From Flavobacteriaceae bacterium (GTDB lineage: Bacteria > Bacteroidota > Bacteroidia > Flavobacteriales > Flavobacteriaceae): DNA of 32,000 bases. The translations under genes were made by a program, and so were the position numbers. This document shows, one piece after another, positions 10,637 through 19,633 of this stretch (the first letter of the stretch is position 1; the number at the start of each line of letters is the position of its first letter). A model generated the notes under the pieces. That model did no database searches. It was not told where the DNA came from and saw only the letters and a list, made by a program, of their open reading frames with translations. The stretch covers positions 4,530,001 through 4,562,000 of the forward strand of contig OZ245049.1 of NCBI GenBank assembly GCA_965224465.1, written 5' to 3'.

Positions 10637-11083
10637 TTATTTTTTATCAGGAACAATATCAAAAACAATATCATCCCCTGTGTTTCTTCTTAAGTTAATA
10701 GTAGGAAATACTATTTTCTTCAACTGCTCCGAATCTGCTTGTGTCTTTTCGAAAAGAACCCCTCTCATGGTACCTAGACAAAGTACTAAAAAATGCTCTT
10801 TTAAACCCCTAGGGATGGTAAGTTTTCCATCTTTATTTAGGCTGTCCCATGCCTTTTTTTCGATCAAAAATTCAAAACCCATTTCTAAAACTGCAACAGT
10901 CTTATCATCATTTAAAATAGTGAGTCGAGGCTCACAATGCACTTTATTAATTGATGGATTAACAATAAAATCAAATTCAAAATCTAAACTCGTCTTTGCT
11001 GATTCTACTTGATTTTTAGGAAATGACGCCCATTGTTTAGTTACAATATCGTTCAGTACAAAAGGTATTTTTAATTGCTCCAT
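10637..11083 (-). CDS. hypothetical protein, possible SecB-like chaperone (third gene of a toxin-antitoxin-like operon)
   Basis: 148 aa, starts 1 nt after the stop of the upstream HTH gene. Size, predicted beta-then-helix layout and the C-terminal IVFPTINL motif resemble SecB-like chaperones. This resemblance is weak and judged by eye only. Confidence 0.55.
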   Translation of the reverse strand: MEQLKIPFVLNDIVTKQWASFPKNQVESAKTSLDFEFDFIVNPSINKVHCEPRLTILNDDKTVAVLEMGFEFLIEKKAWDSLNKDGKLTIPRGLKEHFLVLCLGTMRGVLFEKTQADSEQLKKIVFPTINLRRNTGDDIVFDIVPDKK

Positions 11084-11084
11084 C

Positions 11085-11501
11085 TTATGCTGTTACTGGT
11101 ATATAATTATCAAATATTTTTGGACCGAAAGAATGGTTAAATGATACTTTTATAACTTTAGTTTCATTTTTAGCAGGTTTTTCATGTTCATTTATATTAA
11201 TCAAAGAAATATCCAATGCCGTTTCTAATTTAGCAATGGTTTCTATATTTAATTTTTCTTTTCCTTTTAGTAATTTATTGATGTATTGTGGAGAAACCTC
11301 CATTTTTTCTGCTAATATTTTCTGAGACCATCGTGGTTGATCTAGGATATCCAATACAATTAAAGCAATGCTTTGTGAGTATCTTAACCATTTTCTGTTC
11401 GCTTTACGTTGTTTAGCGGTAGTTAGGATATCAGTTTTAGGCTTTTTAGCGATACTTGCTAACTTTTTTAAATTTGCCATTTTAGTCGTTTTTAAAATCA
11501 A
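11085..11501 (-). CDS. XRE-family helix-turn-helix protein (putative antitoxin)
   Basis: 138 aa. HTH WSQKILAEKMEVSPQYINKLLKGKEKLNIETIAKLETAL. About 35-aa C-terminal tail after the HTH. Overlaps the upstream gene by 20 nt. Confidence 0.75.
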   Translation of the reverse strand: MILKTTKMANLKKLASIAKKPKTDILTTAKQRKANRKWLRYSQSIALIVLDILDQPRWSQKILAEKMEVSPQYINKLLKGKEKLNIETIAKLETALDISLININEHEKPAKNETKVIKVSFNHSFGPKIFDNYIPVTA

Positions 11502-12003
11502 TAAAGCTATCCTTATCTATAACATCTTTGTCTATTAGATAGTCTCTTACTTTATTAATAGTGTTTAACTCTTGTTGGGTGTGAGGTCTTTGTTGTAATG
11601 CTCGTGTGAACTTTAAGGCACCTCCTGTTATAACATAACAGTTACTCTCTATTTTTACAGCATAGATTCGTGTATTGCTAATTCTAGTAACACGTCCTTT
11701 TTCTCTAGGTAATAATTGTCCATAATCTTCTTTTCCTAAGGGCTTAAAAAATGAATCTAATATTTCTGTCTTGCTCTCACATAAATCAATAATATCATCT
11801 TCTATTTGCTCAGTATCTCTTATAATCTCTTTTACTACACTATTAATGCTTCTTCCGTTAAGATCAGCCTGATGTGTTTTTACAAAATCTCGCACAAAAC
11901 TTACATCCGTCCAATTATCTAATAGTGTCTTGTATACATGTTCCACATCTTTTGGATGCTTTATTGCGTATAACTTCTCTGCAAATATATCAATTATTTC
12001 CAT
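11482..12003 (-). CDS. hypothetical protein with RelE/HigB-like C-terminal region (putative toxin)
   Basis: 173 aa. The C-terminal half (REKGRVTRISNTRIYAVKIESNCYVITGGALKFT) resembles RelE/ParE-superfamily toxins that precede HTH antitoxins. The N-terminal ~90 aa is unrecognised. Confidence 0.5.
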   Translation of the reverse strand: MEIIDIFAEKLYAIKHPKDVEHVYKTLLDNWTDVSFVRDFVKTHQADLNGRSINSVVKEIIRDTEQIEDDIIDLCESKTEILDSFFKPLGKEDYGQLLPREKGRVTRISNTRIYAVKIESNCYVITGGALKFTRALQQRPHTQQELNTINKVRDYLIDKDVIDKDSFIDFKND

Positions 12004-12332
12004 TTAATCAACCTGTAGGTTTACTTTTGCGTTATTTTTAACATATTGATGTGATCTCACTTAACCGAAATTCATCCTTTTAACCAACTACTTTCTCATT
12101 GTATTTAAACGTTACATTGTGTTGCTTACAATACGTTTCAAAATCTTTTAATTACTTAATTGCCAATTCCTGAAAGGAGGTACTCAACAATAAACTCCCT
12201 CTACTGGATATTTTTCATTTTAACAACCAGGAGTAATTAAACCGTTCTTTATACTTTTTGTTCAAGCTTGTCCGAAACCCTGTACTAATCATAGCCAAAG
12301 ATTGAGCATAATTAATCACTATATAATAACAC

Positions 12333-12770
12333 ATGACTAAGATCTTTTATCTACTATGTTTGATCATTTTATTTTCTTGCGATAATTCGGCGAAGAAAGA
12401 AAATGACGATTGGAATTCAATAACAACAACTAAATATGCGCAATTAAACACTTCTAAAGAAACTTATTACGCAAAATTGTTAGCTGAATTTGATTCAGAA
12501 GGGCTACTTAGTACAATTTCTCTTCTAGGTCCATGTTTTTATACATCTCCAATAGACGATTATGAAAATAGCAAAAGAATTAACGTAGGCGAAAATTATA
12601 AAAATGAAATTATCAGAATGTATTCCAATAAATATGGAAAACCACAAATAACTAACAGAAGAAACCAACTTTTAGATGATATATCTAAAGCATTTTTTGA
12701 TGCTATATCGAAAGATCATGAATATGACAAAATATTTACACTTTTAGAAAAGGCGGAAAAACAATCATAA
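12333..12770 (+). CDS. hypothetical lipoprotein
   Basis: 145 aa. Signal peptide plus lipobox LFSCDN. No recognisable domain. Confidence 0.55.
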   Translation: MTKIFYLLCLIILFSCDNSAKKENDDWNSITTTKYAQLNTSKETYYAKLLAEFDSEGLLSTISLLGPCFYTSPIDDYENSKRINVGENYKNEIIRMYSNKYGKPQITNRRNQLLDDISKAFFDAISKDHEYDKIFTLLEKAEKQS

Positions 12771-13022
12771 TTTCTATTGAATGTTGTACAGATTTTAAAT
12801 CGGAAATAAAGTATATACTAACCTCAGACTACAATAAAAGACAAGAAAAAAAACAAATTGACAAGAATATAGAAATGGAAACGAAAAATAGAGCTAAAAA
12901 GAAAACTCAAGAAGAAATTTAAATAAGGAAAAAATCAGATGTGTTTTTCTCTTTCTCTTTCAGTTTGTTATATATCGTTACTATAAAGATATAAACACTA
13001 ACGTCAATATCATTTTATTTTC

Positions 13023-13058
13023 AATCCCTTTATTGAATAAATATCCAATAAAGGGATT
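13023..13058. repeat. perfect 13-bp inverted repeat (hairpin)
   Basis: aatccctttattg (13023..13035) and caataaagggatt (13046..13058) with a 10-nt loop, in the intergenic region between the lipoprotein gene and vgrG. Confidence 0.6.
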
Positions 13059-13665
13059 AAAATCAATTAGGTTTTTCTAACGGAAATTTCTAGTTTTTTG
13101 GTATGAAGCAATTATTCAGTTTTAGAAAATATACGTGATGTTTACGCCTTATTTTATTGACGATTTTTTTAGGGTGAGGATGCACCCAAATTTAAAATCC
13201 CATCGGGTATATCTCACCCTTTAAATAAACCGAAATTTTCATCGTGATATATACCCGATTTGTGACTTTTTTTTCAGTACATTTACATCAAATTAAGTTT
13301 TAAATTACAAATTAGATATCCCCACATGTCTCCGAGAATGGCTAGTCGCTCAATTTATAGACCTGCTTTTAATTTTCTCGTTGTTAAAAAATAGATCCAT
13401 CGCTACGGCTGTCCGTTGTTTTTTTGTCAAGAAAAACAAATTAGGTTCGTACGCATATGATGGGATACACTATTTTTAAACAGTCATTTGGAGATGTGTT
13501 ATGCGTGTTCTTTTTTGCAAATAAAACGGATTTCCTTTGTGGTTTATAAGGAAATATAAAATTTTAATACACTATTTAAAAACACATATCACAGGAAAAG
13601 CAAGACCGATTGCTGCTTCCTGAAATAGAATAATAATTGCGAAATTAAAAAGTATAAAAACACGT

Positions 13666-15432
13666 ATGGCATTACAAAGCATCACTTCTATTTGGATAGG
13701 ATCAACAGAGATATCCTATTTTAAATCATTAGAATTACATCAAAATATAAAAGACCATCACCACCTAAAATTAGTTTGTCGCATGGATGTTTTAGAGGGT
13801 TTTGAAGAAGAACAAGCAAAGAGTAGCAAGGATTTTTTAGGCCAGGTTATCAGCTTAGAAATAAGTCCCTCTATAGGGGTTGAAGGCGCCAAAGAACTCC
13901 TTTTTAAAGGCGTTGTAACGGGCGTGCAAAGCATAAAGGGCTTTGAGGCAGGTGATGGCGATGAAGTGATTATTAGCGCAAAGAGTCCTACTGTTTTAGC
14001 TAGCGATGGCGCACATTTCACTTCGTACAACGATGTTTCTTTGTCTGATATTATATACGATAATTTTCAGCTTTACGACACCTCAAAGCTATCCGTTTTA
14101 ACACGCTTACAAAACGATCCTACCATACATTATTCGGTACAGCACAACGAAAGTTCTTTTGCCTATGCAAGTAGGTTAGCGGCTATGCATGGAGAATGGA
14201 TGTACTACGATGGAATCCAATTGATCTTTGGAAAACCAGATCAAGCAGAAGTTGCATTAACCTACGGATTTGATTTAAAAGAATACGAGTTAAAGCTAGA
14301 GCCACAATCTAGTAATTACACCTATTTTGCAAACGATTATTTAACAGACCAGGTATATGAGCAATCGGCAGCTAATGTAAATACAGGACTGCGAGGATAT
14401 GGCGATTTTGTATCAGGTAAATCCGCACATCTATTCCATAAGGAAACTAAAATTTGGCATAATTTACACAACAGTCCACAAACGCAACAACGCTTAGACA
14501 GGGCTACAGAAATACAAATAAAAGCAATTGCTTTACAACAAGTAATTGTCCGTGTCACAAGCGACAATACAGGGGTAAAACTGGGAGGTATTGTAACGAT
14601 AGAAGGCAATAAATACAGGGTTGTAAAAATTACACATACCAATACAGAAACAGGCGAATACCTCAATAAATTTGAGGCCATTACCACAGATATAAATACA
14701 TATCCGTATACAGATATAAACGCATTTCCAAAAAGTGAAAGTCAAACAGCTGTTGTAAAACACAACGATGATCCCGATGGTTTAGGGCGTGTAAAAGTAC
14801 AGTTTGTTTGGCAAAAAATCACAGGAGAAATAAGTCCATGGATACGAATGGTACAGCCACATGGGGGAGCAGATAAGGGCTTTTATTTTATTCCCGAAAT
14901 AAACGAAGAAGTATTGGTAGGTTTTGAAGGTGGGAATGCAGAGTATCCCTATGTCCTAGGTAGCCTCTACAATGGAAGTCAGGGCGCAGGTGCTTTTCAA
15001 TCAAAAAACAACGATATCAAAGCGATTAAAACCCGTAGCGGACATACTATTGAGTTTAATGATAAAGAGGGTGCAGAAAGCATTACTATAAAAGATAAAA
15101 AGAATAATAGTGTTTTTATTGATACCGCAAATAATAATATAACGATATCGGCAAATGAAACAATGACTTTTAAAGCTAAAAACATTGAGATTAACACTAC
15201 AGAAAATCTAAATATATTTGTAGGAAAGGACAAAAACGAAAGCATTGCAAAAAAACAAACTTTAACAGCAAAAAACAGCACTATCTTAATTGAAGAAAAA
15301 GCAGAAATTCAAGCTAAAGAGTATCTTAAAAATGCGCAAAAAATAACAATAAATAGTACCAAAGAAAACCTAGAACTTTCAAGTGCGAAACAAGTAGTGA
15401 GTAATAGTGCTGAAAAAAATATTTTAAGTTAA
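13666..15432 (+). CDS. vgrG: VgrG / TssI-like spike protein (gp27-gp5 type)
   Basis: 588 aa. gp5 OB-fold signature GRVKVQFVWQ...SPWIRMVQPHGGADKGFYFIPEINEEVLVGFEGGNAEYPYVLGSLYNG, followed by a repetitive beta-helix-like tail (IKAIKTRSGHTIEFNDKEGAESITIKDKKNNSVFID...). Confidence 0.85.
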   Translation: MALQSITSIWIGSTEISYFKSLELHQNIKDHHHLKLVCRMDVLEGFEEEQAKSSKDFLGQVISLEISPSIGVEGAKELLFKGVVTGVQSIKGFEAGDGDEVIISAKSPTVLASDGAHFTSYNDVSLSDIIYDNFQLYDTSKLSVLTRLQNDPTIHYSVQHNESSFAYASRLAAMHGEWMYYDGIQLIFGKPDQAEVALTYGFDLKEYELKLEPQSSNYTYFANDYLTDQVYEQSAANVNTGLRGYGDFVSGKSAHLFHKETKIWHNLHNSPQTQQRLDRATEIQIKAIALQQVIVRVTSDNTGVKLGGIVTIEGNKYRVVKITHTNTETGEYLNKFEAITTDINTYPYTDINAFPKSESQTAVVKHNDDPDGLGRVKVQFVWQKITGEISPWIRMVQPHGGADKGFYFIPEINEEVLVGFEGGNAEYPYVLGSLYNGSQGAGAFQSKNNDIKAIKTRSGHTIEFNDKEGAESITIKDKKNNSVFIDTANNNITISANETMTFKAKNIEINTTENLNIFVGKDKNESIAKKQTLTAKNSTILIEEKAEIQAKEYLKNAQKITINSTKENLELSSAKQVVSNSAEKNILS

Positions 15433-15436
15433 GTGT

Positions 15437-15691
15437 ATGTTTGATTTTATAACAGACACAGAACGTAACGAGAAGGCTTTTAAAAACAATGACCTTAATT
15501 TGGACGGTCGTGACACCTTAAATATTCGCCCCATAATTGGGGTACATACCTATGCGGTCTCTATAAAACATCTGGATGCTGAAACCGAAAAACGACTTGA
15601 CTATACAATAACTGTTGAATTTTTAGAGACCAATGATAAACTAGAATATCTTTTTAGAATTGATAAATCAAATTTTTTTATCAAGACTTGA
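15437..15691 (+). CDS. hypothetical protein (possibly the 5' half of a frameshifted gene)
   Basis: 84-aa ORF starting 5 nt after vgrG. It ends just after a T7 run (15674..15680). Confidence 0.4.
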   Translation: MFDFITDTERNEKAFKNNDLNLDGRDTLNIRPIIGVHTYAVSIKHLDAETEKRLDYTITVEFLETNDKLEYLFRIDKSNFFIKT

Positions 15692-15932
15692 AAAAAGTAG
15701 AGAAAATTATTTCGATGAATTAATTCGAATTCCTGATTATGTAGCTGGGGCATTAGCTTCTTATGATATTGAAAATAAAGAAAATATGTTTAAAATAAAG
15801 GGAAAGAATAAATTGATTTTCAGGGATGTAATTTCTGAATCAATAAATCAAGTAACTTTGAAACTTGAAAGTAGTGAACAAGCTCTATTATCTGTTTATA
15901 ATTTTAAATGGATGAATAGTAAAAGTACTTAA
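15660..15932 (+). CDS. hypothetical protein (possibly the 3' half of a frameshifted gene)
   Basis: 90-aa ORF with a non-ATG (TTG) start that overlaps the previous ORF. Removing one T from the T7 run fuses the two into about 173 aa. Confidence 0.35.
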   Translation: MINQIFLSRLEKSRENYFDELIRIPDYVAGALASYDIENKENMFKIKGKNKLIFRDVISESINQVTLKLESSEQALLSVYNFKWMNSKST

Positions 15933-16095
15933 CAGCACCTAAACGTAATGCAGGTTTGGTGCTTACAATAAAGTTCAGTACATCTAACGAATACCGCTAA
16001 CACGAAGTCTCACCGAAGGCAAATCTTTTGATTTGGTTTTAAGAGAATAAAGAAAAAACAAAATAAAAAGCTTTGGCTAATTGCAATATTGAAAG

Positions 16096-16147
16096 TCCGT
16101 ACTTTCTAATCCGTACTGCGCTTAGCCAAACGTTCTAAGCAATTAGA
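16096..16147 (+). promoter_or_regulatory. conserved 52-nt upstream element, copy 1 (function unknown)
   Basis: tccgtactttctaatccgtactgcgcttagccaaacgttctaagcaattaga. Contains the direct repeat TCCGTACT-N6-TCCGTACT and the palindrome GCTTAG-N9-CTAAGC. Lies 23 nt upstream of ATG 16171. Similar copy at 18668..18719. Confidence 0.4.
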
Positions 16148-16216
16148 CCACTAAACTTAAAAAAATAAAAATGATATCAAAATTAATAGCTACGGTAGGC
16201 GACACACACTTGTCCA

Positions 16217-16999
16217 ATGATAACAGCTACAAAACCTCATACTGGAGGAACAATTATTTCAGGCTCTCAAAGTGTTTTTATTAACAATAAACCCGTAGCA
16301 CGTATGGGGGATAAATGTATTTGTACTGGATGTGGGATGATTACAATAATTGTACAAGGAGATGCTAATGTATTAGTAGATGGAGTACCTATTGCTTATA
16401 TGGGATGTATGACTTCGCACGGAGGAGTAATCACATCTGGACAAGTCAATGCTTTGATTGCAGGAAACAAACCTCCAAATATTGTAACTATGCCATTAGA
16501 GGATATTCCTTTTCCAAATATTTATTTAATCGATAAAATATTCTCTTCAAAACAGATTAAAGTATCTAAATCTAACATTGAAAAAATTAAAGAACAAGCT
16601 TATAGTGATGATGAAAACATATCAATTACAAGTACAGTTGCAATTGAACAATTTGTTGAATTTTGTAAAGAAACAGAAACAGAGGATTTTATAAATCAAT
16701 GTAAAGAAGCTTACGGAAATAAAATTTTAAAAAAAACGTTTAAAATTTTGCAAGAGAAAGCCAAAAACAATGAAATTCAACAACCAAAAATAAAAACAAC
16801 AAAAGGATATGTACCTAAAGATGTTAATTATAATTTTAAAGAAGGGGCTCATATCATAGAAGTGACCGAAAGAATTATAAAAGCGTCTAAAAAAAGTGAA
16901 ACAGAACACGATAGGTTAATGCTTAATTTAGGAAATGCTTTTCACGATTATATAAAAAGTATCATTGATAATGAATGTAAACCAATTGTAAATTCTTAA
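16217..16999 (+). CDS. PAAR domain-containing protein with ~170-aa unrecognised C-terminal extension (N-terminus apparently frameshifted, see findings)
   Basis: PHTGGTIISGSQSVFINNKPVARMGDKCIC...VDGVPIAYMGCMTSHGG matches PAAR repeats. The expected first motif (MISKLIATVGDTH) lies in another frame, starting at 16171. Confidence 0.8.
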   Translation: MITATKPHTGGTIISGSQSVFINNKPVARMGDKCICTGCGMITIIVQGDANVLVDGVPIAYMGCMTSHGGVITSGQVNALIAGNKPPNIVTMPLEDIPFPNIYLIDKIFSSKQIKVSKSNIEKIKEQAYSDDENISITSTVAIEQFVEFCKETETEDFINQCKEAYGNKILKKTFKILQEKAKNNEIQQPKIKTTKGYVPKDVNYNFKEGAHIIEVTERIIKASKKSETEHDRLMLNLGNAFHDYIKSIIDNECKPIVNS

Positions 17000-17001
17000 A
17001 A

Positions 17002-17901
17002 ATGAAAAAAAAATTAGTAGACTTATTTCTCAAAAAATCTGAAATGACTGCCACAGCCAATATAAATGGAGAAACACACGAATTATCTATGATTATCGGA
17101 GGGAGTGAATTAAAAGAATTAGAAAAACCATATAAAGAGCATCAATATTTCTATTATTGTTACGTAACAGATGAATTTGTGAATGGAAAAAAATATGCTC
17201 TTACTGTTGTTGCAAGGATGGATTTAAAACGGTATTATGGAATACCTGAACCAATTAAAAATGAAATTATCTACAGGCACGTAGACATTACACATATAGC
17301 ATTAGATGGTAACGGAACTCCTATTACAGGATGGCATCATCGAAGAGAAATTGATGAAATAAGAAAAGAAGGAGATGGAGGAATTTGGGATAGTATATTA
17401 AATACTAGTAAATATTTTGAACATAAAACAAAAAGTGATAAAACGTACAGGGTTAAAGAACAGAATATTAATGATGTTTTAAATAAACAAATTTTAGTTT
17501 GTCAATCTAACGTAAATATTAAACTTGAAAAAAATTTTATAAAATACTTAAATGAAATAGGCAATTTTACAAGAGAGAACGATACTACCTTTCCTTACGC
17601 TGTAATTAGTGATGAGATGGCTGACTTCGACAACATCAGAACAGCAATCGGTGCAGTTTCAATGTTTGTGCCAGTTGGTAGAGCTTATAAATTATCTCAA
17701 GAAATTGTTTCATATTTAATGGACATAATAGGTTCTTCAAGTTTGGCACTACCAGCTTCGAAATTTTATGATTTGCGTGGTCCTATAAAATTATCAAAAG
17801 TTACAAGAGATGTTTACGAAAGTTTTATCGGTCAGAATAGTAAACATTATTATGAAAAAAAACAAACAAATCAAAATGATGAAATTATTATATTTTATTA
17901 G
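17002..17901 (+). CDS. hypothetical protein (no signal peptide), tightly coupled to the PAAR gene
   Basis: 299-aa ORF starting 2 nt after the PAAR gene stop. No recognisable motifs. Confidence 0.6.
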   Translation: MKKKLVDLFLKKSEMTATANINGETHELSMIIGGSELKELEKPYKEHQYFYYCYVTDEFVNGKKYALTVVARMDLKRYYGIPEPIKNEIIYRHVDITHIALDGNGTPITGWHHRREIDEIRKEGDGGIWDSILNTSKYFEHKTKSDKTYRVKEQNINDVLNKQILVCQSNVNIKLEKNFIKYLNEIGNFTRENDTTFPYAVISDEMADFDNIRTAIGAVSMFVPVGRAYKLSQEIVSYLMDIIGSSSLALPASKFYDLRGPIKLSKVTRDVYESFIGQNSKHYYEKKQTNQNDEIIIFY

Positions 17902-18508
17902 TAAATTATTTTTATTATTTACATTTATTACTTCTTGTACGAGCAATAAAGAAGTTCCTTTTTTAATAACTTCAGATTTTTTATCAAACTTTGATTCGAT
18001 AAAAAAACAAGCTCCATATAAAGTTACAAACTTAGCTAATTGTGATGTAGGGTATTCTAATTTACCTATGGAAATTCATACTAAAAGAAATAGTAAAAAA
18101 ATACATAAAGCTTGGGATGAAATAGTTAACCTGTATAAATCAGAATCTAATTTCTATATAGATACAATAAATATAGAAATTAGAGTTAAAAGAAAATTGA
18201 CTAAATGGCTTTTTGAAAATGACAAAAGATTAGAAAAGCAAATAACAGTTGATGATTTTAAAAACTTGTTAATCAAAGATGGCGTAAAACCAAACGATTT
18301 CGACATTAAACAAGAAAGGGAAATCGAATATGATGGTGGATTTAAAAATAAAATATTAGAGCTATGGTATAAAGGGACAGTGAATAATATTAGAATTGGT
18401 CGTAAAGGAGATATCCATATAAATACTTACTTAGAATCTCAAATACCATACTGGGAAACACAAGGATATCAGTTTTCAACACCCTCGCCTGAAACGAGTG
18501 GAAAATAG
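17852..18508 (+). CDS. hypothetical lipoprotein
   Basis: Track ORF begins at 17810. The internal start MKKNKQIKMMKLLYFISKLFLLFTFITSCTSNK gives a charged n-region, a hydrophobic core and the lipobox ITSC. Overlaps the previous gene by 50 nt. Confidence 0.6.
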   Translation: MKKNKQIKMMKLLYFISKLFLLFTFITSCTSNKEVPFLITSDFLSNFDSIKKQAPYKVTNLANCDVGYSNLPMEIHTKRNSKKIHKAWDEIVNLYKSESNFYIDTINIEIRVKRKLTKWLFENDKRLEKQITVDDFKNLLIKDGVKPNDFDIKQEREIEYDGGFKNKILELWYKGTVNNIRIGRKGDIHINTYLESQIPYWETQGYQFSTPSPETSGK

Positions 18509-18667
18509 GTTTAAAAATAAAAATTAAAGCCACCTAAAATAACTGCTTAGAATAATAAGTGTATTATACTACCGGCAACGCTATTAATAACCAATCCATC
18601 AATAGTATATTCATACCCTACTAAATAACCACCTATAGAAACATCACCATCTACAGAATTAGAAGCA

Positions 18668-18719
18668 TCCGTACTTTCTAATCCATACTTCGCTTAGCCA
18701 AACGTTATAGCCGATTAGA
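18668..18719 (+). promoter_or_regulatory. conserved 52-nt upstream element, copy 2
   Basis: tccgtactttctaatccatacttcgcttagccaaacgttatagccgattaga, with about 7 mismatches to copy 1. Followed 4 nt later by ATG 18724, a 35-codon ORF in a different frame from the 18815 ORF. Confidence 0.4.
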
Positions 18720-18814
18720 AAAAATGGAATACAAAGGAAAAATTGCTGAAGAGTTTGTAAATGAATTAACATATAATTTATTTTTAAAGTTTTGGCGCTA
18801 CCCTGGTCAGAAAT

Positions 18815-19633
18815 ATGAAAACGTCAGCTAATCGACTTTTTGGGTATATAGCTAGGTTCCAAATAAAAACAACTTTATACGCCAATAAAGATTCTTTTAC
18901 AGGTAAAGAAGTGGACTATGTAAGAGAAGGATTAATTATTAATGATAAAGAAAATCGTAATAGCAATAATTTTACAAACAAATTTAAAAGCGTTGCTCCT
19001 AACGGAGAGGTAATTGGAGTCACTTATACAAGCGAAGATGAAATGATTAGCAATAGTGGTTACGGGAGACATGTACAATATGGTATAGATAACGCTCGTA
19101 AATACACCAAAACTGCTTTAAAAGAGATATACGATACAAAAAATAATGGTTTTGTCCTGGAAGGGCAGCAAGTATCTTTTCAGGTAAAAGATGATACGAT
19201 GGATGTGATATTAGAGAAATACGAAGCGGGAAAAAATAATATGTTGGCTGTTGTAGGTGATGTAGAATACAGCTCAAAAGAAACAGGATCTTGTAAATTC
19301 TCTAAATTACAAATAGAACATAAAAGTAGAAAGAAACCATTTGTACTTTTTGACGAAGAGAAGACGACTCAAAAACCAATAGACCATACCAATTTAGCCT
19401 TTTCCATTATAGCAGCAACAAAGAAAGAAACGATTAAGATTACAGCCATTGGCTTAGCCATACAAAACTATCAAGATAAAGGAGAACGAAAACCAAAATG
19501 TTATGGTATTACCACCGCAAAAAAGATAAAAGAAGGCATTCTGACGGATAAAAAAATAAAACATAAAAGACAATTAGATTTTAAGCACAACTCCATTAAA
19601 GATGTGTTTCCTATGGAAGACGCTTATATATTA
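18815..19633 (+). pseudogene. 5' part (273 codons) of a ~751-aa candidate secreted effector gene interrupted by IS30 copy B
   Basis: The ORF reads into the IS at 19634, so the last 12 codons of the track ORF (AEFKSQTQLLVK) are IS-derived. The true start may be further upstream (18724) with a frameshift. Confidence 0.75.

Noticed and set aside
12728-12920. Alternative frame open for about 63 codons past the stop of the 12333..12770 lipoprotein gene, suggesting a frameshifted longer gene
   Set aside because: The translation is low-complexity and Lys/Glu-rich, has no homology I can recognise and no simple-repeat site to explain a shift. The evidence is insufficient.
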